This document shows, piece after piece, positions 12,760-25,194 of a stretch of DNA of 64,000 nucleotides (position 1 is its first letter; the number at the start of each line of letters is the position of its first letter). Source of the DNA: Eledone cirrhosa. Taxonomy: Eukaryota. The DNA lies in assembly GCA_964016885.1 (NCBI GenBank), contig OZ024752.1, positions 13,082,001 through 13,146,000 on the forward strand, read 5' to 3'. A program made the translations under genes and the position numbers. The notes under the pieces are model-generated. The model was not told the origin of the DNA. It saw only the letters and a list, made by a program, of their open reading frames with translations, and did not search any database.

Positions 12760-14830
12760 AGCTAGTGTTCACTTCCCGACTTGATCAAACGTCTCCACTT
12801 CACTCGCTCCTCAGCCATTTTCTCCCATTCGTCAGATGAAATTCCAGGACAAGCCAAGGTGCCCCTGACACAGTCCCGGTACTGCATTTTTGGTTTGTGT
12901 GGTGGCCACCTTCCTTCGCACAGTTCTCTAGAGAAGTTGTTTTGGAATGCAATCATCAGACATCCAGACCACATGACTGCACCACCTCAACCGATGCTGA
13001 AAGATCATGCTCGCTATAGTCACGCACCTGCTCCGTTCGAAAACTTCCAAATCACTGATGAACATTTTCCATCACACCCAAGTAACTTACGAAGAGATTG
13101 TTGTTGAAATATTTCCAGATCCTTGAGGTGCTTTCTGTATGTGACTCACGTTTCACAAGCATAAAACAAAGAGGAGACGACACAAGTCAGAGACACTTTC
13201 ACCTTGGTTTCAATGGTGATACCTTGTATGGACCATAAACATTCATGCAGCTGTCCAAAAGCATCTCTGGCTTTCTTGATTCTTAAGGATATTTCATCAT
13301 CCAGTGTGTCAGCAACTTTTAGCCTCTTTCCATACACATACACACTTGTATTCTTTCCCAGATGCTGGCTGATAGATCACAACAGTCTTTTCCAAGCTTA
13401 TTGTGAGGCCCAAAGCACTGCAAGCTTCAGAAAAAGAGGTCATAATATGCTGCATGTCACTTTGTGAGTATGCAAAAAGATCAGGGTCATCTGCATACAA
13501 AAACTCTCAAATTATAGATGTAAATACCTTCATGCTTGCACCAAAGCGCCTGATGTTGAACAACCTCCCTGAAGTGCCATACTTGATGTAAACTCCATGC
13601 GAACAATTTTTCCTGAATGCCATGAGAAACACTAACATAAAATATTGGTTCAGAGATGCTACCACCAATACTGACCCAAGCCTTCCATAATTACCACATT
13701 TGTCCTTCCCACTATTTCCTTTATGGAGAATCACCACGAGTGTATCCTTCCAATCTTGTGGGACATTCTCATCTTCCCACACCTTTTTCATGAGGTCAGT
13801 CAGGCACTGCGTGAAGTTTTCACCACCGCACTTCAAAACCTCTGCACTCAGACCATCCATACCAGGAGACTTACCACAGTTCAGCTTATGCACAACAGAA
13901 GTCACCTCTGCAAGAGAAGGTACATCAGCCATCTCATGCTTCACTGGTTCAATAGGAATGGAGCAAATGAAATCATCATCAACTTGGGATGGTTGGTTTA
14001 AGAGCTCATCAAAGTGATTTCTCCATCTGTCGAGTGTGTCTTTTGGATCGTGCAGTAACTGCTTGCCATCTTTTGATCTCAACGGTGTCACTGGTGTGCT
14101 GAAAGGACCATACACCTCTCCGAGTAGAGTGTGCAGCTGTTAGATACAATGAGGCCTTGGCCAGAGCGGAGCACTCTGACTGGATCGTATGTTTTGGTAA
14201 GGTCAGCGAATGCGGGTGCAATCCAGGGCTTGGCTTTCCTTTAACAGCCCCTGCTTGCCACAATATCACTAATGGGGCGAGCACAGGGATCGTAGATCAT
14301 GATTCTTTGACTGCCTACCCGCTTTCTCACCGGCAAGGTACCCCCCAATCTCTCCACCCTGGCCCCATATTGGGAGCGACAGTACCGGTGTAAAGACTAC
14401 TACACCAAGCATCTATCATGTGCCCGCCGCAGCCCGGACACTACCGTGGGTCCCACAGATGAAAAATATAATGCATTTTATGAGGGTGGGCCTCTTGATG
14501 GGGGATATGTGGGGTGCCCCTCTAGACCATTATGGCCCGTCCCTGTCCCTGGCAGTATTAAACCCCCATGTGATCTTGTACCCGCATCCTTGGACGTCTC
14601 CCATCGCCCGGTGCCACATCCGCATCCCACATTTCCCGCGATGGCCATGAGCGTGAGCGACCACACCCTATAGACGCAGACCCCTTACTTGGCTCCGCAG
14701 TGCACCAGTGTGCAAACAGTGCACCACCTGTACTCCCTGTACCAGTTCCACGGTGACTCGCCTGCACCATGAGGCTACCCGCCCTTACCAACATGCATCC
14801 TGGGTCAACGGAATTGTCGCGGGTCTTGCA
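12760..14830 (-). mobile_element. Degenerate, internally deleted RTE/BovB-like LINE (no PHD seen) with GC-rich putative 5'UTR
   Basis: RWRNHF, KSPGMDG, VPQDWKD, YADD and FYACET motifs lie in broken frames over 12760-14115. The 14120-14830 5'UTR assignment is inference. Confidence 0.75.
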
Positions 14831-15587
14831 GTAGAAATGTGATGTGGTATAATTTTTGTGATGTGTATATATGTATGTGTTTGTAAGTGTGTGTGTATAA
14901 ATATGTATATATGTATGTGAATATATATATAAGTATATGTATATATATATGTGTATATATAAATATGTATGTATACATGTGAATATATATATAAGTATAT
15001 GTATATATGTGAATATATATATAAGTATATGTATATATATATATATGTGTGTATGTATATATATAAATATGTATGTATATATGTGAATATATATATAAGT
15101 ATATGTATATATATATGTGTGTGTGTATATATATAAATATGTATGTATATATGTGAATATATAAGTATATGTATATATGTGAATATATATATATATAAGT
15201 ATATGTATATATGTGAATATATATATAAGTATATGTATATATATGTGTGTGTGTATATATATATGTATGTATATATGTGAATATATATATAAGTATATGT
15301 ATATATAAAGTATATATATAAATATGTATGTATATATGTGAATATATATATAAGTATATGTATATATGTGTGTGTGTGTATAAATATGTATGTATATATG
15401 CGAATATATATATATCTATATACAGTCCACACTGTAAACGTGGTTGGTGTTAGGAAGGGCATCCAGCCGTAGAAAACCCGCCAGACAGTCCTATGCGAGC
15501 AAGACAACCACTCTTGCCTCAAGTGGGAAAACTCCCGTCCAAACCCATGCAAGCGTGAAAGATGGACGTTAAACGATGATGATGATG

Positions 15588-16236
15588 ATATAAAACTGAG
15601 GATGTCTGTCTGCGTGTGTATGTGTGTGCGTGTCTGTGAGTTTGAATCCCTAAAACTCGAGAAGTACCCAACCGATTATTTTCAAACTTTACATGTGTAT
15701 TACTTATGTTGCCGGGAGTGATATGCACATAAATTTAACTTTTTGATCCCCCAGGGTCCGCATTAGGTGAAAAACTGCGTTTTTTCAGTTTTTTAGGGTT
15801 TTTTTGAGGCGTTACGTCAGACTGATTTCCTTGAAATTGTAACTATGTATTAGTCAGTCTCTTCTTCATACCATGAGCAAGCAAAGAAAATCCAGCTTTT
15901 TTATGGCCTAGGGCCCGCATTAGGTGAAAAACTTCATTTTTTCAGCTTTTTAGGGCTTTTTTGAGGCGTTACGTCTAGCCAAGTTTCCCGAAATTTCAAG
16001 GCATATTATGCACATAAAAAAAATTCATTTTCTTGATCCCCTAGGGCCCGCATTAGGTGAAAACCTGCATTTTTCCTGCTTCATTGAAGAAAATCTTAAA
16101 GATTATCCAGCCATCAGAGTATTCAGTTTATTTTCTTTACATATTGTCCAGGCATGTAGTTTTTCCACAATTAAGTCTGTTGGCGGCCCGCATTCCAAAA
16201 TACCATATCCCGTGCAACGCCGGGTACCATTGCTAG
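15588..16236 (+). mobile_element. Non-autonomous Helitron
   Basis: 5' ATATAAAA...GTCTGTCTG motif, internal repeats (GGGCCCGCATTAGGTGAAAA), and 3' hairpin CCCGTGCAACGCCGGG followed by CTAG|T. Confidence 0.8.
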
Positions 16237-16777
16237 TATATATATATATGTATATATATAAACAATGAGTATTTGACAGAGTTATGTTCATAACAGATAT
16301 GAAGCACTCAACAAGAAAAATTTATTTGGAGTATTATATTATTAACAATAGTAATAAATGGAAAATATAACTATAGCATCATATATATTTTATTATATAT
16401 ATTTCAAGGATATATCCATTGTAAGCTGATGTCGGAAGTTTATATTTTGGGTATGTCACTATCTTATACATCAAATATTGTATTTTATCTGATGAAAGCA
16501 TACTATAATTTAATATCCTTCAAATATATATAATGAAATAAATATGATGCTATAGTGATATTTTCCATTTATTACTATTGTTAATATTATATATGTAGTT
16601 AATATTATATATGTATATGTAAATATGTGTATATGTATATGTGTGTGTATATATGTGCATGTGTATGTGTATATATGTATAGATATATACATATACATAT
16701 CATCATCATCACCATCATCATTTTTTACATCCGCTTTTCCCTGCTTGCAAGGGTGGGATGGGAACTGATTCTGGATT

Positions 16778-16977
16778 NNNNNNNNNNNNNNNNNNNNNNN
16801 NNNNNNNNNNNNNNNNNNNNNNNNNNNNNNNNNNNNNNNNNNNNNNNNNNNNNNNNNNNNNNNNNNNNNNNNNNNNNNNNNNNNNNNNNNNNNNNNNNNN
16901 NNNNNNNNNNNNNNNNNNNNNNNNNNNNNNNNNNNNNNNNNNNNNNNNNNNNNNNNNNNNNNNNNNNNNNNNNNNNN
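16778..16977. other. Assembly gap (200 N), followed by a GA-rich low-complexity tract to about 17340
   Basis: Run of N. Confidence 1.
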
Positions 16978-17442
16978 GAAGGCAAAGAAGAAGAAGAAAA
17001 ACAGAAGAAGAAGGGGGAAAAGAAGAAGAAGAACAGAAGAAGAGGAAGAAGAAGAAAAAGAAGAAGAAAAAGAAGAAGAAAGCAAAGAAGAAGAAGGCAA
17101 AGAAGATAGAAACATATCAACAGCTGTAATAAATCTTCCTATCCCCCAGCTTCTAAAAATAAAAAGAAGAAAAAGGAGAAGGAAAAGAAAAAGAAAAAGA
17201 AAAAAAAGAAAAAAAAAGAAAAGAAAAAAAAGAAGAAAAAAAAGAAAAAGAAAAAAAGAAAATGAAAGAGAAGAAAAAGGAAAAGAAGGAGAAGAAAAAG
17301 AAACAGGAGAAGAAACAGAAAAAAGAGAAGAAAAGAAGAACCTGCAGATTATCTCTCCGTCTTTGTTGTGTTTCGTTTTGCACCCCATCCCCCACCTCCC
17401 TCTTTAGTAAAGATGTGAAGTGACAAGAAGAAGAAATTTTAC

Positions 17443-17564
17443 CTGATCACATCCTGAAGGACAGACGTCCAGGTCATAAGCAGCTGATTCTGATTCGGAA
17501 CCATCTTCAGTATCAGTCATATCACTGTCACCACTGCTGCTTTCGTCACTATCTTCATCAGTAC
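17443..17564 (-). CDS. CFAP44: CFAP44 exon 10/13 (acidic linker)
   Basis: gccag/gtaaaa boundaries. Encodes GTDEDSDESSSGDSD...YDLDVCPSGCDQ (acidic run plus the D..CP..CD motif). Confidence 0.9.
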
Positions 17565-17713
17565 CTGGCCGACACATAAATCAAATATATATTGTTATTA
17601 CACAATATGCCATCAAATAAAACACCACTTTCTCTATTAAAAAGTTAAAATAATAAAAAAAGATTTGTTGGAAATGTTCTCAAGGCAATGCCAAAACAAA
17701 ACTTTTCTATCAC

Positions 17714-18340
17714 TGGATGCCCTTCCTAACGCCAACCACATTGACAGTGTGTGTTGGGTGTTTTTTGCCATGTCTTTTACACATCCACTTTACAGTGTGG
17801 GCTGGTTTTCTATGGCTGGATGCCCTTCCTAATGCCTACCACATTTACAGTGTGGGCTGGGTGCTTTTTGCTGTGTCTTTTACACATCCACTTTACAGTG
17901 TGGGCTGGTTTTCTATGGCTGGATGCCCTTCCTAATGCCTACCACATTTACAGTGTGGGCTGGGTGCTTTTTGCTGTGTCTTTTACACATCCACTTTACA
18001 GTGTGGGCTGGGTGTTTTGGGGGCTTGTTTTCTAAGCCTGGATGGCCTTCCTAACGCCAACTACATTGACAGTGCATGTTGGGTGCTTTTTGCCATGTCT
18101 TTTACACGTCTACTTTACAGTGTGGGCTGGGTGTTTTGGAGCTGGTTTTCTACAGCTGGATGCCCTTCCTATACCTACCACATTTACAGTGTGGGCTGGG
18201 TGCTTTTTGCTGTGTCTTTTACACATCCACTTTACAGTGTTAGCTGGGTGTTTTGGAGCTGGTTTTCTACGGTTGGATGCCCTTCCTAATGCAAACCACA
18301 ATGACAGTGTGGGCTGGGTGCTTTTTGCTGTGACACCTAC
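17714..18340. repeat. Tandem amplification (about 100-135 bp units) of the RTE 3'UTR module
   Basis: Repeated GGATGCCCTTCCTAATGCC...TTTACAGTGTGGGCTGG blocks, antisense to the RTE 3'UTR at 27830-27950. Confidence 0.85.
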
Positions 18341-18414
18341 ATGTTGCTTATATATTTTCAATATTTGAATAAACCTGACAAAATAAAATAAAATGAGAAA
18401 GTAAAGAATTCTAC

Positions 18415-18592
18415 CTTCTGTTTCCTTTTTCTTTGATCTCTTTATCTTTTTCTTAAACACCTTAATGAGGTAATCAGAAAATTTGTTTTCTCCCACTGAT
18501 GTCACAAGAGCTAGATGAATTGATCGCTCTCGTTCCTGAAGTTTTTCAATATCTTTTATTTTGTTGTCAATTTTCGACTGACATTCTTGTAT
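18415..18592 (-). CDS. CFAP44: CFAP44 exon 9/13
   Basis: ggtag/gtagaa boundaries. Encodes IQECQSK...SVGENKFSDYLIKVFKKKIKRSKKKETE, a highly conserved CFAP44 block. Confidence 0.93.
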
Positions 18593-18617
18593 CTACCAAC
18601 ATAAATGAGGAGGATGG

Positions 18618-19015
18618 TGTTAACATGTGGTAGATGGTACGTGTTGCATGTGGAGGATTGTAGATGTTACATGTGGTAGATGGTACATGTTGCATGTGGA
18701 GAATCGTAGATGTTACATGTGGTAGAAGGTATGTGGTACATGGTACGTGTTACATGTGGAGGATTGTAGATGTTACATGTGGTAGATGGTATATGTTGCA
18801 CGTGGTAGAAGGTACATGTTACATGCGGCAGATGGTATGTGTTACATGTGGCAGGAGTGGAGGATGGTAGATGTTATGTGTTACATGTGGTACACGGCAC
18901 ATGTTACATCTGGTGGATGGTAGATGTTACATGTGGTACACGTCACATGTTGCATGTGGTACAGAGTACGTGTTACATGTGGTAGACCATGTGTTACATG
19001 TGGAGGATGTTATAT
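18618..19015. repeat. Degenerate 18-25 bp minisatellite (GTTACATGTGGTAGATG...)
   Basis: Recurrent TGTTACATGTGG motif. Confidence 0.8.
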
Positions 19016-19619
19016 GTTATCCTCATTATCATCTTCGTTTAACGTCCATTTTCTACGCTAGCATGGGTTAGACGGGAGTTGTCCCACCTGAGGCAAGGTT
19101 GGTCGGGTGACCGTGTCTCGCTCATATAGGACTATCTGGCAGGTTTTCTACGGCTGCATGCCCTTCATAACACCAACCACATTTACAGTGTGGAACTGGG
19201 AACTGTTTACTGTGTTACCTACACGACCACATTACAGCGTGGACTGTGTGTTTTTTTCCTCATGACACCTACACAATCTCTATCTTTATCTCATTTATTT
19301 GGACTGGATGTTGTGGTACCAACTTTATAGAGAGAGGGTGGTGTTGGTGGGAGTGGGAGGATAGGGTAGAGGTAGTGGATTGGGGTGTATATTTGGTTAA
19401 GAGGTGCCTACTGACTATAGGTTTCGCTTTGTACATAGGCAAGGCAGGTCTTCTGTATTACTGCGTAGCGCCAAAGATTTTGGTCCAGTGACATTGTTTT
19501 AGAGAGGTGTAAGTGTGTAAGGTCGGAATTTATCAGTTATATATATAGGAGATGAGGAGAAGGATGATGATGAGGAAGGGGAGGAGGGGGGGGAAGAGGC
19601 GGAGGAGATGTATGCTTGC

Positions 19620-19734
19620 CTTTTTCTCCATATCAAGCTTTTCACTGAACCTCTCTTCAACCTTTTCTGCAATGATGTTCTCATATTTTTCATATTCCTT
19701 CAGTAGAACTAATTCTTCAAAAGCTGTTATCTGC
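19620..19734 (-). CDS. CFAP44: CFAP44 exon 8/13 (ends at a GC donor)
   Basis: ttacag acceptor. Encodes QITAFEELVLLKEYEKYENIIAEKV...MEKK, followed by AAG|gcaagc. Confidence 0.88.
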
Positions 19735-19974
19735 CTGTAAAACATGATAACTAATAAAGATCTGTTGGTATTTATAGAATGGGCCTCCATCTCTGTCTGT
19801 GGTGAGTGTTCCAGTTGTAAGATCAATGGCACAACCAGCTCATGAAATTAACACATAAGTGGCTGAGCATTCCACAGAAATGTGTACTTTGAAAGTAATT
19901 CTCAGGGAGATTCATCAATGACACAATGTGTCTGTGTGTGTGAGAGAGAGAGAGCGAGAGACAGAGAGAGAGAC

Positions 19975-20013
<39 letters not shown>

Positions 20014-20582
20014 CCTTTAAATTACAGGTGCAGTCCGTCTAACAAACTTCAAAATATTTTCCGTCTACCAAGTTTAACTTCCAAAGCTTGGGTTGATCCA
20101 AGGCTATGATAAATGACACTTGGCCAAAATCCAAGTCTTCATATGCTTCTGCATTCTCTCTCAATCTCTACAGAGCACACTGGGTGAATTTTATCATGAC
20201 ACAACTGAAGAGCTCTCTTGACCCTTAGTTTGGCAAGTTTTCTATGACAAGGTGCCCTTCCTATTACCAGCCCTCTGACAAGGTGCCCTTATTCATAACC
20301 CACTACGTTACACAGTGTATTGGGTTTAATTTACAGTGTCACCAACATTAGTGAGGCTGACAGTACTGAAGCGCCCTCTCAACCAATTTTTGGCATATTT
20401 TCTTCAACTGGATGCCCTTCCTATTACCAACAATCTGATAAGATGCACAATCTTTGTTTCATAGCACCAGTGCTAGAGTTGTTGCCATGACATCACACTA
20501 TAATACACTGAAGACTATAATTATGATGGAGGTGACATTGTGTAGGTTTTGTAGTAAAATTAAAACTTCAGTGAACCAATGT

Positions 20583-20808
20583 TTAACCCTCTAGCATTTA
20601 CATTACACCATATTTACTATTGTGTTTTCCCAGAAAAGGCTTTATCACCCATAATTATCTCACATAATATCTAATCTACAAGATTTTGATATTTATTTTG
20701 AGAACAATACCTTAATGTTGGCATTAGTGGCCGGTTATGACCAGTTTGAACAGAAAGAAGTGAGAGAATTGTGGCCGGATATGACCAATTTAAATGCTAT
20801 AGGGTTAA
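20583..20808. mobile_element. TTAA-flanked MITE (piggyBac-like ends)
   Basis: TTAA|CCCTCTAGCATTTA ... TAAATGCTATAGGG|TTAA. Same family as 36953-37180, 41194-41375 and about 12531-12749. Confidence 0.8.
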
Positions 20809-20856
20809 GTAAGAATTTTAGGGAAGAAAAAACAATGAAGAAATATATAAACTAAC

Positions 20857-20985
20857 CTTAGATCTCCCTTTTTAATCAGGACATCTAATACAAATTTATC
20901 ATGCCGCAATAAACATAGCCTGGCATCAAAATCTGCTTTCATTCTTTCTATTTTATGCAGTAGTTCATCTCTTTTGAATACATCC
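20857..20985 (-). CDS. CFAP44: CFAP44 exon 7/13
   Basis: tctag/gttagt boundaries. DVFKRDELLHKIERMKADFDARLCLLRHDKFVLDVLIKKGDLR carries the conserved FDA.L..LRH.K..LD motif. Confidence 0.92.
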
Positions 20986-22559
20986 CTAGATGTGTGAAAG
21001 GAAGACATAATAAAACAAAGTTACAACGCATTATAACATTATAACTATTTCATTTTAGATAACTCAGAACAGAAGTGAGGAACCACACAGAAAATCTGTC
21101 GATGAACATTTGAAATATATTGGCTCTAAGACTAAAAGTGGTGCTAGATAACTGACTGCATTTGTCATGAGTTCAAACCTTATTATAACTTGTTTTACTG
21201 CTGAGCAAACTATATAACATCATTCAGCCCTTTGCGGTCTTAGTTCAAATCCTGCTGAGGTTAACTTTGCCTTTCATCCTTACGGGGTCGATAAAATAAA
21301 GTACCAGTAATGCACTGGGATAATTGCCGGCCTTGTGCCAAAAGTAGAAACAATTATTTGCCAAAATTTCATGTATATTAAATCAGGTTCCCTTTATATT
21401 TGATGGGTGAATGGCAAGCAGTGATAAAGATTTTTAATTATGATATAAAAAAAAACAAACAACAAAATAAAAAATATATAAACAGCAAAAACACCCAACC
21501 ATTGAAGTACAGTGTAGTCCAGTTTTCTATTATCCTGGCTGCAGGATAATAGAAAACTGGAATGGGTGACAGGGAGTTGCTGAGTGTTTAGATGTGAATA
21601 GATTTTCTAAAGCAGCACGTTACCCTACTTTCTAAAAAACCTCAAAATTCCAGATATGTACTGGGTGTATAAATTATATTCAATTTAACATGTACATTAT
21701 GATGTCAAAACACTTCACATTCTCTCCTGCTGTGTGTACTTATAAGAAGCAGAAGGCCCTAAGCTATATGAAATTTGAGGCCCTCCTCTAAAAATATTTC
21801 AGGTAAAATAATTTAAAATAAATAGACATTATTATTATTATTTTTTTATATTAATGTTTATGATAAAGAATAGATTGTGTGTGTGTGTGTGTGCGTGTGC
21901 GTGTGCGCGTGCATGTGGTCCCGTAACTCCTGATAGTGTCGTAGGGACACTGTATTGACATATAGTGTTTCTTGGGCATTTTAAGCCTGGCAGAGCGATC
22001 ACTCTCCAGGTCTGAGTACAGCAGATTTCTTCTAGTGAGAGAGAGAGGAAATGAGAAAGAGATATAGAGTAAGAATCAACTCCAGTACTAGACTGGTACT
22101 TATTTAATTGACCTCAGAGAGCAGAAAGCTGGAACGAATACCATAGAACATTCTATCTGATATTTTAATGACTGCCAATTTGCCTAGGCAAATTGGCAGA
22201 TAAAAACCAGCTAGACAATAACCCACCAGAGTACTCGATACTTGGGGTAGTAGTGTGGTTATTATGAAAAGATTCAGGACCCCGACGGCTGAGCTCCATT
22301 CGTTTCGACAGATCCGAACTGATAGAGTGTTGTACTGGCTGCATTTTATCATGGCTTTAGGACTAAGGCGATTGCCATGTCTTTTACACAGTTCGGATCT
22401 AGCTGTCAAAATGGCCAGAGCTCAGCTGTTGGGCTTCTGAATCTTTTGATATAAATATATGTGAATGAAGTGATTCCGTCGAAAAGGTCCAGGAAAAAAG
22501 AGTGCTCTATGTAGGTTACAAAGATTATTAGTTATGTAATAAACAACATAAGATAATTA

Positions 22560-22619
22560 TTTCATTTACCAGTGGTTTCTTGAAAGCAATCAAAATTGCT
22601 TTCATTCATCAGAATGAAA
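22560..22619 (-). ncRNA. Type-I hammerhead ribozyme motif (PLE pLTR family of 29292-31132)
   Basis: Reverse strand reads TTTCATT-CTGATGA-aTGAAAGCAAT(TTTG)ATTGCTTTCAa-GAA-ACCAcTGGT-A-AATGAAA, with a GUA cleavage triplet. Confidence 0.82.
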
Positions 22620-22860
22620 AAATCCTGGTGTCTTTATTGACAGTGGATTTGAAAAACAAAAATATAACAGATATGAAAGTGAGGCTGGAGGAAAAAAAAA
22701 AGGGAGGTGGGGAATAATAAATAAGAATATATAACACACACGTATACACGCACACGCACACTCACATATATATATACATATACACGCACATATACACATA
22801 TATATACACAGAGACACATATACACACACATACATGTATGTATATATATATATATATATA

Positions 22861-24601
22861 TATAAACGTTAGAATATGTGTAATAAGGCCAAGACAATGC
22901 AGATATGGACATAGAAAAAAGAATGCAATAGTGAGAGATATTGATGAGAATTCGTCTTTCACCTTGAATTTATTTAAATGTCCTTAATTTTCGAGATAAT
23001 ATCTCTTCTTCGGAGGGAAGTAAAAGTCTCAGACCAGCGTCTTAAATTTCCAATGAAGCCATGCTGACCGGAAATAGTATAGAGTTCTAACTTTAAAATC
23101 AAAGAATTAAAATTAGGTGGGTAAAGAGTAGTCTCCCTTTAAGAGGGGTTTGTTTATGTTTTTGTTGTGTTTTTTAAATTTTATATGCGTGCCTGTATAT
23201 GTGTGTGGGAGAAAGCATGAGGGTGTAGGTATGTGGGTGTGTGTGTGTGAGTGTGGGAAGATAGGTCTAATCGTAAAAGTGGGGGGTAGGTGTTATCTGG
23301 TGTTAGAACTGGTTTTGTGTGTGTATGTGTGAGAGAGAATAAGTGGAGGTGTGCGCGTGCGTGTGTGTGGGGTGTGTAAAGTGGGGCTAGAGGCCCTATC
23401 AGGTTATAAATTGGGTGTTGAGCTCTAGTCTATTATTGATTGGTGGATGTGTTCTATCTATAATGAGTGCTTCCTTGATTCTAAGATTGCCGAGGTTTCT
23501 TTCTTTAGTTTCTATCCTAACTGTTATGTTTTTATCAGTGTTTTTGCATTTAACTAGGTGTTTCTTAAATGAGGAAGCGTTAGTATTGAGGTGTTCTTTT
23601 ATTCTTATGTGGAGTGGTTTGGTGGTGCTACCTACGTAGAAGTTGTTGCATTTGTCACACTCTAGTCTGTAAACTACGTAAGCCTGGTGGCATAGGTCTG
23701 TGTCGTTGATGGGGCAGACATGACAACTGCTGCAGACTAGCCAACTGCTCCATCAACGACACAGACCTATGCCACCAGGCTTACGTAGTTTACAGACTAG
23801 AGTGTGACAAATGCAACAACTTCTACGTAGGTAGCACCACCAGACCACTCCACATAAGAATAAAAGAACACCTCAATACTAACGCTTCCTCATTTAAGAA
23901 ACACCTAGTTAAATGCAAAAACACTGATAAAAACATAACAGTTAGGATAGAAACTAAAGAAAGACACCTCGGCAATCTTAGAATCAAGGAAGCACTCATT
24001 ATAGATAGAACACATCCACCAATCAATAATAGACTAGAGCTCAACACCCAATTTATAACCTGATAGGGCCTCTAGCCCCACTTTACACACCCCACACACA
24101 CGCACGCGCACACCTCCACTTATTCTCTCTCACACATACACACACAAAACCAGTTCTAACACCAGATAACACCTACCCCCCACTTTTACGATTAGACCTA
24201 TCTTCCCACACTCACACACACACACCCACATACCTACACCTTCATGCTTTCTCCCACACACATATACAGGCACGCATATAAAATTTAAAAAACACAACAA
24301 AAACATAAACAAACCCCTCTTAAAGGGAGACTACTCTTTACCCACCTAATTTTAATTCTTTGATTTTAAAGTTAGAACTCTATACTATTTCCGGTCAGCA
24401 TGGCTTCATTGGAAATTTAAGACGCTGGTCTGAGACTTTTACTTCCCTCCGAAGAAGAGATATTATCTCGAAAATTAAGGACATTTAAATAAATTCAAGG
24501 TGAAAGACGAATTCTCATCAATATCTCTCACTATTGCATTCTTTTTTCTATGTCCGTATCTGCATTGTCTTGGCCTTATTACACATATTCTAACGTTTAT
24601 A
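22861..24601. mobile_element. Penelope-like GIY-YIG fragment arranged as a near-perfect palindrome (857-bp arms, 27-bp spacer)
   Basis: The right arm on + encodes DLCHQAYVVYRLECDKCNNFYVGSTTRPLHIRIKEH...IKEALII...PPIN. The left arm is its reverse complement. Confidence 0.9.
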
Positions 24602-24642
24602 CCTCATTACACAATGCTTCAAGTGAACTATAACCTCCTCCT

Positions 24643-24675
<33 letters not shown>

Positions 24676-24705
24676 AGATCAAAAGATGGTTAAAGGAGTT
24701 CCATG

Positions 24706-24775
24706 TATTTTATTATGCGCATTTCAAAAACAAACATCATCATGCAATAATATTTGTGTTTTCATCAGATAAAAC
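24706..24775 (-). ncRNA. Type-I hammerhead ribozyme motif
   Basis: Reverse strand reads GTTTTAT-CTGATGA-AAACACAAA...TTTGTTTTT-GAA-ATGCGCAT-A-ATAAAAT, with a palindromic stem III. Confidence 0.75.
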
Positions 24776-24963
24776 AGGAGAACATGATATGAAGGCTAAA
24801 AAACACTTGTGGATAGTGCAGTTTTAAATCAACATATATATATATATATATACACATGCACACACATACATATATATACATACATACAAACACACATACA
24901 TACACATATATATACACACATGCATACTACTCACATATAAAATGATACATATGCACACACACA

Positions 24964-25194
24964 AATAAGAATAGATAATAATTGTTTCTACGTTAGGCAC
25001 AAGGCCAGCAATGACCCAGTGTATTACTGGTACTTTATTTTATCGACCCCGTAAGGATGAAAGGCAAAGTTAACCTCGGCGGGATTTAACTTTGCCTTTC
25101 ATCCTTACGGGGTCGATAAAATAAAGTACCAGTAATACACTGGGTCATTGCTGGCCTTGTGCCTAACGTAGAAACAATTATTATCTATTCTTAT
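24964..25194. repeat. Perfect fold-back of a SINE 3' half (about 110-bp arms)
   Basis: Arms 24964-25073 and 25086-25194 around spacer CCTCGGCGGGAT. Confidence 0.9.

Noticed and set aside
14785-15552. Y/I/H/T-rich ORFs here and at 25.2-25.7k, 32.5-33.2k and 62.0-62.3k
   Set aside because: Translations of (TA)/(TG) microsatellites.
16510-17395. K/R- or F/S-rich ORFs
   Set aside because: They span an N gap and a GA-rich low-complexity tract.
23150-24312. Mirror-image twin ORFs (60 aa and 74 aa)
   Set aside because: Antisense frames of the palindromic PLE fragment. The real coding frame is the GIY-YIG on the other strand.
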